64,000 nucleotides of DNA, taken from NCBI GenBank assembly GCA_051294905.1, contig CM119372.1, forward strand, positions 9,860,001 to 9,924,000, written 5' to 3'. The position numbers and the translations under genes are program-made. Below, piece after piece: positions 39,930 to 50,693 of the stretch (positions are counted from its first letter, which is position 1; the number at the start of each line of letters is the position of its first letter). The DNA is from Botryllus schlosseri (taxonomy: Eukaryota). The notes under the pieces are model-generated. The model searched no databases and had not been told where the DNA came from. It worked only from the letters and a program-made list of their open reading frames with translations.

Positions 39930-40335
39930 TAGAGTTGCATTTAAAACAAAAATAAATATAAAGCGAGCATGTTTACAACATACCCTTGTTGAAAACATGA
40001 TTTTTTTCATGTTATTTAATTTTTTTTCAAGCCTTGACGTCACCAATGTGGATTGACATTGACAATTGAAAATATAGGGTAAATATAGCTCCTTTGACGA
40101 AATATCTGTACTATAACTGTTTAACCGAATATTTTGAGGGGTTCCAACCATCTCATATCGATGTACGTCGGCCAAATCGGGTGGTAATTGTGGAAAGCTT
40201 TTACACAATTATGGCATAACTTTACAACTTAAAAAAAGACAATTTAGTTTTTTTAAAGCCTTTGTTTAAAACACTGTTTAAAACAAGTTTTAAACAATGT
40301 GTTTTAAACAACCATTTGTTTCAACTGCATGCCTA
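39930..40335. mobile_element. TAGGGTTGCA-family MITE
   Basis: Reverse homolog of 11285-11706; perfect 8-bp TSD CTATAAAT (39922-39929, 40336-40343). Confidence 0.82.
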
Positions 40336-41440
40336 CTATAAATTATATATGCTTTTTTGTTGAGGGGGGGACGTATGCATTCCAAAATCAAGCTTATCTA
40401 GAGAGAATTTTCAAGTAAATTAAATCTTTCGAGAATACTCTATAATTTTTGTTGGTTTACGAAATACTATTGAGTCCCCCCGAGCTCCCTCCCCACCCTA
40501 TTGGGAAATTTGGGGTGCGGCAGTCATGGACCCGGTGAGAATGCAATTGGTTGGGTGCGATAAATCGTCCTCTATAAAAATGGGCAATGGGTACATTATG
40601 ACGTAACAAGCAAATGACGCATCTTTTTTAAATGGGGTTTGTTATCTCATTAGGCCTTTTCAGCTTTCCAATATAACTTCCAAAATGCAAAATAAATGTA
40701 ATCGTGAGTAATCGTGATTACTTTTCCAATGTAATCGTAATCGTAATCGACTACTACCTGATTTTGCTGTAATCGTAATCGTAATCGCGTCATTCGGAAG
40801 TAATCGTAATCGCAATCGATTACATTCATGAAGTAATCACCCCATGTCTGATCCAAATTCTGAGAAGCATGTGGGAAGCTGATGACCATAAAAGGTCATC
40901 ATTGGCTGGGCCGAAGATGATAGCCTTTTTAGTCATGAGCATCATGTAGGTCCGTTTTATTGACCTCTTGTTTAGTCATCAACTTCCCAGATCCCGCACT
41001 CAGGGTGCTAGGATGCCACAAACTAATTATCAAGTTCAGAGGGTGACGCGAGGTCACAAAGCATGAGAACCACTGGATTAGAGAGATATCATGAGCCCAT
41101 CTTCTCGCGCAGTAGCGAAATAGAGTAAGTCTACTGCAACCGTAAATCATGTGTCTGATGATGCAAAATTGTTGCTGGTCTCCAAAGGGTCTTCTTCAGC
41201 CATACGCAATATACAGATGGGGATGAATAAAAGGGATTTGCCTGCCAGAGACTGACCTGAGTTATAATAGAATTAGACTAATCACCAGGTTGTTCTAGGA
41301 TCATCATAGGACATTTCGTTTCAGTCTCATCGTGGTGATTGATGTCTTACTGCTCAGTTGCAGTTTCGTAATTCATCGTTTTCGTCCTTGCCGATTTTTA
41401 GAAAACAGTTGAAACATTGCCTTATACTTTCTTTGCAACC

Positions 41441-44406
41441 ATGAACCGAACCATGACTTCATTCACTGATTCAACAGTATCATCAACAATCGCCAATGCA
41501 ACAGGAGATGTGACTATACCATCCCGTAAGAAATGTATATAATCTATATATTGTGTTTTGCAATGAATTATTGAATATAGAACGTCACATAACGAGATAG
41601 CCTGAATTTTACAGCCGATACAGCAGTCACTTTCTTTTATAGAAGCTCCGTAAAATTTTATAGAACATAGATTTAAGTCAGACCTGGGCAAAGTGCGGCC
41701 CGCGAAGCCATTCTGTGCGGCCAGCGAAACGTTGCTTGGAATTCAAGAGATAAAACATGCTTTTTGAATGACTAAAACCGTAGGCTGTATAAGGAAATTC
41801 GTTTACTTTGAAGCCTGTTCATTAATATGGCACGATGACGCTGCCTACGTACCTCGCATGCGTAATCCAAATTCCAAATAAAGGCAATATGGCAAAATAC
41901 GAGTAGCAATTGGAGTTACAAGAAATCACTCTTTCCCTGTAGTTTGATCCAAACCTTCTTTTTTTGCCATTGTCACATTACGCATCATACGGCATGTGTC
42001 TCAAATTGTTACGTGATACGTTTCCGAATCCCTAATTCGTAAAACAAGTCAATCAGTGCTCGCGATTACTATATGACTCATTATATCTATCGCCCATAAT
42101 GGATTAACGAGCATGCCAAAAAAGAAACCCGCAAACTGAAATTCAAAGAAGGTGTAAACTTCAAAGCACTAAATATTTTTTTGTTGGAGTCAGAGGTAAG
42201 ACCTTCCTTCTAGTGTTTGCAGAGCACGTCGCCAAGATTAAGGATTTTAATTAATGTCGGTCTTATGACAAAAAACACGAAACACTGGGTCAATGGAGGG
42301 CAGAGTTCAGAAAAACTGCAAGCTTCGCTCAACATCAAGGCTATCTGCACAGTGAACACTGCTAGGAAGGCAGCGACCAAGAAAATAAGCTTCGTACTCT
42401 ATTGCATATACAATTCAGTGTAGGGGTTCTCGAACTGGGGGGGGGGGCGTGAAATCATCAGTAGTGGGCGCGAAGCCGAGGTTTAATGATTTTTTTTTCG
42501 CGTTACGCGCGATTTACCCCCAGCTTACAGTTATATTGCTCTGTGTAATTGTCCGACTTTGATATTTCAGAATTAACTCATCAACAGCCATAAACTTCCA
42601 TGTCATCAAACTATCCGTTGGGATTGCTAGCATTCTGATTGCACTTTTAAAAATTTTGTGACATCATGATAAGGGGCACGAAATTTTCACTATCATAAAG
42701 GGAGGCTTGCCTAAAAAAGTTTGAGAACCTCTGTTTTAGAATCTTAATAGAAGAGCGTGGATAGGGGTTTAAAGAGAGTTAAAAGGTATCATGTTTAACA
42801 TTATTTCGAATCATGACGGCAAATATATATATTTTTTAATTAACCGTCCCCTTTTCGTTACCTGACCTGAACACATTCACTGAGCAGCATATATTAACAA
42901 TGTAATTTAGAAATGAAATTGAAATACGCTGGAGAATATAGCTAAAAAAATTTCACTCGGCCCGCCAACGTATTTTCTACTTCTCATTGGCCCGCGGAGG
43001 AAAATAATTGCTCACCCCTGGTTTAAGTGCATGTGAATCAGCGACCTGGAACCTGATGGTATTGAATATGAGCGTACTAAATCAATAATAGCTATGGCCA
43101 CATAAACATGTATGATAGTATTTAACCAGTCTTATATCGATAAGTTTTGTATACGCCTACATACTAATACAATCTGTGATTCGATCTGTTTTCAGGCCCT
43201 TCGAAAAGCCGTTCGACGAGACAGTAGCATTCGTGATTGGGTTTATTTTATTTACTTTCATGTTACTCGGAATAGTCTTTAACGCAATAACTGTTGCTGT
43301 GATCATAAAATACGAAAAATTGAGGTATACGATTCCTATCATGCAAGTTGGTTTCTACAGTTTTCCGACTATATATTTTGCTTTCCAGAAACATATTTTC
43401 CATTTTTATATTTTCCTTGTGTCTGTCGGACATGTTGTCAGCATTGATAAGTGCACTCTACTGGTATACGAGAACTCTTGGATTCGACGAGTGGAAATTG
43501 CCAGGTTTCTTATGCAAGGTAATTATTTCACGCATGACGTCTTTTTACTGACACTCATTTCGTTCTTTGTGATACACATCATCACAGTTCTACTGGGCAG
43601 CAGACATTACGACGCCTTTTGCAACGGCTATGCATATCATGGCATTCGGAGTATTCCGTTTGATCTCTGTGTCGTGTTCACACGTTACGATAAAGCTCCA
43701 AAACAAGTTTGCTGTTGTAAGTTACTGAATATTCATTCATTCAATAATTAATAACTCATAATTGGGGCGATTTTTTTTACTTAAAGACGGAAAATTTTGA
43801 CCTAAAAATGAAAATTTCGACATTTTTTACCTTAAAAAACTTAATTTTGACAATATGTAGCCCTGACATATGTAAATTAGGTGTTTTCGCGCATAATCTG
43901 AATTGCAGCTTATCGCCCTAATGATATGGATTGTGAGCTTAGGGTGTGGCTCATACGATCAAATTATGATGTTGTTTATTTTTCCAATCTGAAGACGGAT
44001 CCGAAAATATGCCATATCGGGAAAACTGATAAATAAAATAAGTGGTCTGATCATATTATGGAAGTACGAATCCCAATCACAAATTACACTGGTACTGGTA
44101 TTATTTATTCGAAATAAATCATTCGTTTACTAGCACAATAAAGTCAGTATACCTTATTGGATTATTATGTTGATTAACAGGTACGGACAGTACACGATGT
44201 TCAAGAAGATCCGGTTTTCTCTGTTCCTCTCTATACCCTTGATTCTTGTCTTATTTATATCTGTTCTTACTTGCCGTCAGGTGTAGGCTACTACTCTCGC
44301 CTCCATCACACCAGTACAAATAAAAAGCTGAAAAAAGAAAAACAAGCCATCCTTCAATTAACCCTAATCGTGGTATCGTTTATGCAGGGATACCTCCCGT
44401 CTACAG
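41441..44406 (+). pseudogene. GPCR copy 3, pseudogene
   Basis: Exon 1 41441-41525 has a 2-bp insertion relative to copy 4 (wrong phase); exons 43196-43324, 43389-43518 and 43588-43716 are open; exon 5 (from 43909) loses homology after LIALMIWIVSLGCG; exon 6 44181-44406 has an in-frame TAG; exon 7 not found before the duplication junction. Confidence 0.88.
41679..43020 (-). mobile_element. Non-autonomous hAT element (CAGGGGTGGGCAA family), inverted, in intron 1 of GPCR-3
   Basis: Reverse homolog of 15903-17154 including the nested MITE; TSD ATTTAAGT/GTTTAAGT; empty site in the paralog at ~46550. Confidence 0.88.
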
Positions 44407-46307
44407 GTAAATGTCAATTTGACTGAGTTGGTATGTGTATATATGGACTCCACTGAATGTTTAGTGCTTGTTGATTTTTAATTCAATCGCCAATTTCGAG
44501 GGTCCGTGAGCTTACAAGTAGTTCGTCACTTGAAGACGGGTAGATTGATGAAAGCATAGCGCACAATACAAAAGAGTCATGCACTAAAATACAAGGAAGG
44601 ATAAATTTCAGAGAAATCGACCTCACTATAAATGGCTTTTTGGTAATGAATCATGTTTCGTAGAACTCCATAGCGTCTAACTGGTTGCCTGTGGCTTCTC
44701 TCATTTCATATATGCCATAGACGTAGAACGAATACATAGACGTAGACGTAGAAGACTAGCATTAGAATTGCATTTCATTAGATGTGTGATGGTTGAGTCG
44801 AGCGATGTTAATAAACTCAGATTTGGGTCGCGCTCTAAAGAGTTGGAGAACCACAGCTATAGTACTGTACTACTATTACTACTACTACAACAACAAAACT
44901 ATACTATAGGCTGTGCAAGTGTGCATAACGTACATGCTTTATTGTTTTCACGAGTATAGTAGGACTGAAATATCGCTGTAAATAGTTTTGCAACTAAATT
45001 CGTGATTTACGACCAACGAAATATTGGTTCGACATTCAGAGAGTATTTTATTCCTAGATTGCTAAGTTAAACATATATTTATATATATGCAAATTGCCTA
45101 TGCATATAAGACGTAACTTTTGTCTCGTCTTTTACTGGTGAGTGAGAAAACTATGAGGGATAGTCGTATGCGTTTGGTAGGAAGAGAAAAAGGGAATATA
45201 GCAGTAACAGTAGCCCATCACGCTATGAGGGTAGGAAATACTGAGACATTAAACATATTCAAAATAAAGAATACAGAATCCGATTCATACAAGATCGAAT
45301 GGGAAGGGAAAATTAAAAACAAAACACGTAAGCGAGCAAGTCCAACCGCTCATATGCATTTTTTAAAGTAGATATAAAGGCGAACTTCCGATTATACCGA
45401 TTCATTGCGGCGAGCAGGACCTCGATGATTTTGACTAGAAAGCCTGCTTTGAACCATATAGTTCTCATTCAAGAGGATGGTGCACGGACTGTCCATTGCG
45501 CAATTCAGTCTTAGGAGGGTCGAAGCAGCACTTCGTAAGCCTCTCCTTCAAAAAGCATTGGTCCTGGCCCCCATAGCTTGATCAATCGAGTTTTGAGGGG
45601 TTTCACCTCACAGACGCCCCTTTCTACTTTCTCAGTTGCAATATGACTAGCTTCCGTCACGGTTATCAGACGGATACTGCTTGGCGCAGTGGTTCTAAAC
45701 GGGGCTGCCGCGAGAAAATGATGTTCTGATGGTTGCCGCCGATTTATCAGCAATTAGGCACATCCAAATTCTGAGCAGCATGTGGGAAGCTGATGACCAT
45801 AAAAGGCCATATTTGGCTGGGCCGAAAGTGATGATCTTTTTATAGATCATCATCATGTAGTTCCGTTTTAATGACCTTTTGTTTAGTCACCAAGCTCCCT
45901 TTCAGAAGGTGGCGCGAGGTCAGTAAGGATGAGAATCCATGGTTTAGAGAGATATCATGAGCGTATCTTCTCGCGCAGCAGTGAAGTTAAGTAAGCCTGT
46001 TGCAACCGTAAACCATATGATGGTGATGCAAAATTGTTGCTGGTCTCCCAAGGTTCTTCGATCAGCCACGAAATATACAGATGGGGATGAATAAAAGGGA
46101 TTTGCCGACGGAAGACTGGCCTGAGTTATAATAGAATTCGACCAACCACCAGGTTGTTGTAGGATCATCATGGGACATTTCGTTTCAGTCTCATCGCAGT
46201 GATTGATGTCTGGCTGTTCAGTTGCAGTTTCGTAATGCATCGTTTCCGTCCTAGCTAATTTCTAAAAGAAAACAGTTGAACCATTACCTTATACTTTCTT
46301 TGCAACC

Positions 46308-48848
46308 ATGAACAGAACCATGACTCTATTCACTGATTCATCAGTATCATCAACAATCGCCAATGTAACAGGAGATGTGACTACCATCACGTAAGAAATG
46401 TATATAATCTTTATATTGTGTTTTGCAATGAATTATTGAATATAGAACAACTTCACATAACGAGATAGCCTGAATTTTACTGCCTCAAACCCAATGATAC
46501 AGTAGTCTCTTTCTTTTATAGAAGCTCCGTAAATTCTATAGAACGTAGGTGTAAGTGCATGTGAATCAGCGACCTGGAATCTAATGGTATTGGATATGAG
46601 TGTACTAAATCAGTGCTCTTCAACCTTTTTCGTCGTAGTACACCCTTTTAACGTTTACTCGAAACTCGCACACCCCTAACCAGATAACTCACTGATTGCG
46701 TATGGTACGCCTAATCGAGGGGTGTTCACTGTTCAACCTCCTTGTTATTCACGGCCACGCTTCGATTCCAAATATAGCATACGGCAGCATTCCGGCGGAG
46801 ACTCGTCATGGCTAATCTCTAGGTCATTTACTCATGTTAAATTGGCTACTGGGAACTTCACACTGCGGAGGGACTTGTGGTGTACTGTGCCATCACTGAT
46901 TTTTTAAGATATACTTTACGTATAAAAGTATATATTTGTAGCAGAATAACAACTCCGCAGGCTTACTAAAATTGCGAGTATAAATGTTAGGAAAGTTTTT
47001 TGACTCCCTTTCGAGTCGCGCAAAGCGCGAAAATATTTTACATCTGGAAAATGTATTTCGTCGATAATATTGGTGGTTCCATATATTACTGCCAAATATT
47101 TGTTCATTTTTAGCCCAGGTGATCAGATTAAACGATAGAGCTGACTGATGTCTTCGGAAATTTTGGGCACAAAATGAATGATGATGCAAACTCAGGTTTT
47201 TATTAATCACGTTGTTGCATATTGTCATTTTTGACCTCCCATCAGGATTGTAGGCGTAATCAAAATATGTTATATTGCAATCGGGCAAACGTACAAGACA
47301 AAACCTTCATTCGTGAGATGCACACGATTTCACACGTTTTCTTTATGGGGTTCATCATTTTCCTCTTCGGTTCGCATTTGTACGGTGGACTCATAATACA
47401 TTATTATATTAAAAACGTATAATCCTAGTCACCCTGAATCGCGTCGAGCGTGAATAAAATTTTCAAGTTTAAATTCTCTCAAAGATTTGGAAACCAATCC
47501 GTCAATTATAATTGCATATTGACGTGCGCCAACACACACTAATTTGATTATGCGTTGAGGGTCGCATAATTATGTTTAACGTCGTACAACTGCAGGTTGT
47601 CCTCTTCTGGCATGTTGCAATATTGATGAACAAGGCTGCAACGTATTTGAAATGCTAACTACTAATCAGGGCTCGAGGTTACCGGACCACCATCTAGCAG
47701 AGAGGTTTCCAAACGCGACCCCTCGCCCCCCCCCCTTCCCCCCGAGACACCCTGGCTTCGCCCCTGCCACGATGTAAACTGCTCTATTTATAGGCTTCTC
47801 GCAGAAAGTACCAATTCAATATTATTGAGCTATCGCGATAGTTTCCTCGAGAATCATTATCGACAGATCTCGCAAGCGGAACACATGTGAACTCCATCCT
47901 GTTTTACTCCAAAAGAAACCAATAATAAATCCATTACCAAATTTTAAATGAGAATAAACATTTGCATATGATATCACAAGAGGAATGAAACTAAGAAGCT
48001 TACCCGCACGATTGTACGATATTGCACACCCGGTCAACATGTTTTGAAGCATAAACTTGCCTGTTTATTTTGATGGCTGTAGTCATCGGTCTATATTAAT
48101 TCGGAACTGGTACATCCCTGTACACCCCATCTAAGTGGTACACCCTTTTAAAATTTTGGTACACCCTAGGCTGTACGATACACCCGGTTGAAGAGCACTG
48201 CGTAGTAAATGAATAATGGCCATGCCAAACATAAACATGTACGATAGTATGTTACCTGTCTTATATCGATAAGTTTTGTATATGCTTACATATTAATACC
48301 ATCTAATTATGCGATCTGTTTTCAGGCCCTACGAAAAGCCGTTCGACGAGAGAGTAACATTCGTGATTGGATTTATATTATTTACCTTCATGTTCTTCGG
48401 AATAGTCCTTAACGCAATAACTGTTGCTGTAATCATAAAATACGAAAAATTGAGGTATACGATTCCTATATCCTGCACGTTGGTTTCTACAGTTGTCGGG
48501 CCATATATTTTGCATTCCAGAAACATATTTTCCATTTTTATATTTTCCTTGTGTCTGTCGGACATGTTGTCAGCATTGATAAGTCCTCTCTACTGGTATA
48601 TGAGAACTCTTGGATTCGACGAGTGGAAACTACCAGGTTTCTTATGCAAGGTAAATAATTCACACATGACGTCTTTTTACTGACACTTATTTCGTTCTAT
48701 ATGATACACATCATCACAGTTTTACTGGGCAGCAGACATCACGACGTCTTTTGCAACGGCAATGCATATCGTGGCATTCGGAGTATTCCGTTTGATCTCC
48801 GTGTCGTGTCCACACGTTACGGCAAAACTCCAAAACAAGGTTGCTGTT
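46308..48848 (+). CDS. GPCR copy 4, exons 1-4 open; 3' exons not in window (truncated, or a very long TE-filled intron 4)
   Basis: Exons 46308-46390 (MNRTMTLFTDSSVSSTIANVTGDVTTI), 48326-48454, 48521-48650 and 48720-48848 (GVFRLISV) splice in frame; homology to copy 3 stops at ~49022, just before the exon 5 acceptor. Confidence 0.75.
46611..48200. mobile_element. Non-autonomous hAT-type element in intron 1 of GPCR-4
   Basis: 15-bp perfect TIR CAGTGCTCTTCAACC / GGTTGAAGAGCACTG; flanks TGTACTAAAT / CGTAGTAAAT; empty site at ~43075. Confidence 0.85.
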
Positions 48849-49149
48849 GTAAGTTACTGAATAGTCATTCATTCAATAATTCATAACTCATAATTGGGGA
48901 GATTTTGGTGACCCAAAACGGAAGATTTTGACCTAACAAATGAATATTTTGATATTTTTTACCTTAAAAAACTTAATTTTGACAAAATTTTGCCCTGACG
49001 TATGTAAATTGGGTGTTTTCGCAATGTTATAATTGTAGCCTACTACTCATCTTTATTTCTGGTTGGAACTGAATTAAAAACTGACAAATTTTTACGTGAA
49101 AAAACTTTATTTTACCGAAATCTGGACTTATGAAGAATTCCAGTAGTTA

Positions 49150-49720
49150 CATCACTCATTATGGTAGAAATAATTAAAATTTGTTGTAGCACAACGAAAG
49201 ATACTTTCCTGCGTACTCGAGTAGAAATAAGTGCCTGTTCTTACTAAGTAGCTTGCCAGGAACTGGGAAAGAACGTTCAACACCAGCAGTTCTTGACTGG
49301 CAACACTGAAGTTGTGCGTACACTGCTGGTGACACAACGCGTTGCTTCATTATGACAATTTTGTCTACTTCGCAATTTTTCGTCATGCGCTTCTTAATAT
49401 AAGAACCAATGCCCACGCAGTCTTGCTTCAGTTAGGATATTGCGGTACATTGAGCATAACACCACATGTCATCCTTTTTGTTTCATTTGACCGTTTATTA
49501 TCCACAGTGAGCAGACAATGTGCCGTCTACAACGGCAGGCTTTCATGGTTGTCATCAACATGGACCCAGAAATAAGGACAGTCGAAAGATTAGATTAGCA
49601 TTAAAAAGCGATTTTGTACACACTTTGTATTTGTACCAGCCGTGGCATATCACGTTTCATACTTTTTGCAAGAAACAATCTGCTGCAGCAACTCCTTGTT
49701 AATAGAAAGTGCTTCATGGA
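49150..49720 (-). pseudogene. Degraded hAT-like transposase C-terminal fragment
   Basis: VSPAVYAQLQCCQSRTAGVERSF...KLLSKNRH resembles the hAT C-terminal dimerisation motif (xERxFS); stops upstream. Confidence 0.55.
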
Positions 49721-50456
49721 TCTCACGACAGATCAGATCCAGGTTTACCTTTAATTGTAGGTTGTAGCTGGGAGTGCACTAAGTTTGTTCATTTTCTTGG
49801 TCGACTGCGCCGAAACACTCTTCGCACACACGCGTTGCTGACAGGAAGGAAGATAATGATGCTAACTCGAGTCATTTCCGGTAAAGATGTTCATCCGTTT
49901 GGTCTCCGGTTCATTTTTGCAGAACACATCAGCTGGAATCTTCTTGAGCAGAGTGCTAACAGCCGATATGCCTCATCGAACAGCTCATCTTTCATTGTCA
50001 TTAGAGTATCAATTTGCTTCGCCAACCCCTTCACTTCCTCGTACTCGATTCCTTGATCTTTCAGCTGGGTCCAGTTGTATTCCAAGGTAATGGTGTAGAA
50101 CTCCTGGAAGCTCGCTTTGAGAACCTTACCAATATGTTAATCTTGACGAATCCAATTATCTCTGCCAGTTCTGGAAACAATGCATATGACTTTTGCAGGA
50201 ATAACAGTGGTTTATTAAAGAGCAAGAGAGCGATGTGGAGGAATCATACGATGATCAGTGACTCTGCTGATTTAAAGAAATCCTTCTATATTCTTGGTGG
50301 ATGTTTCAGCGTAGAATATGCGCTTTCAGTGGTCTCCAGAGATCGATCATTCGCCCAAGTACAGCATCAAGTGCGGCTCATCGAGTCGGCGTGTGAGTTG
50401 GCAGAGTCGAATAGTTGCTATCAAGTTCCTCACAAAAATGCTTGAGCGTCATCGCC

Positions 50457-50620
50457 TGTACTGAAAACGTACTACGACCTCAACGCAAGTTTGGTTTTTA
50501 TTAACTAAATGAAGACTCAAGCAACTAAACGCGGTAAACAAAACACTCAATATATAGGCAGGGTAAGATGCGGGTAATCAACACAATTGGTGTGATCACG
50601 AAGAAACAATAATCACCACA
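50457..50620 (-). repeat. 3' LTR
   Basis: Identical to 54546-54709. Confidence 0.95.
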
Positions 50621-50693
50621 ATCACCCCTCCTTAAAAATAAGACTACACTATAAATAATCGTGACAAATTTTTGAGCTACAAACAAAAACAAT

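Larger units (their letters stand above)
33194..40850. mobile_element. hAT-type non-autonomous element with (GTAATC)n subterminal repeats, carrying a nested LINE and MITE
   Basis: TIR CAGACATGGGG / CCCCATGTCTG; perfect 8-bp TSD ATCCAAAT (33186-33193, 40851-40858); empty site CACATCCAAATTCTGAG in the paralog at ~45760. Confidence 0.88.
44464..49022 (+). repeat. Tandem segmental duplication unit B (paralog of ~30069-43890)
   Basis: Collinear similarity of non-coding DNA and GPCR exons 1-4 once element insertions are removed (e.g. GCGCACAATACAAAAGAGTCA at ~30185 and ~44559). Confidence 0.9.
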
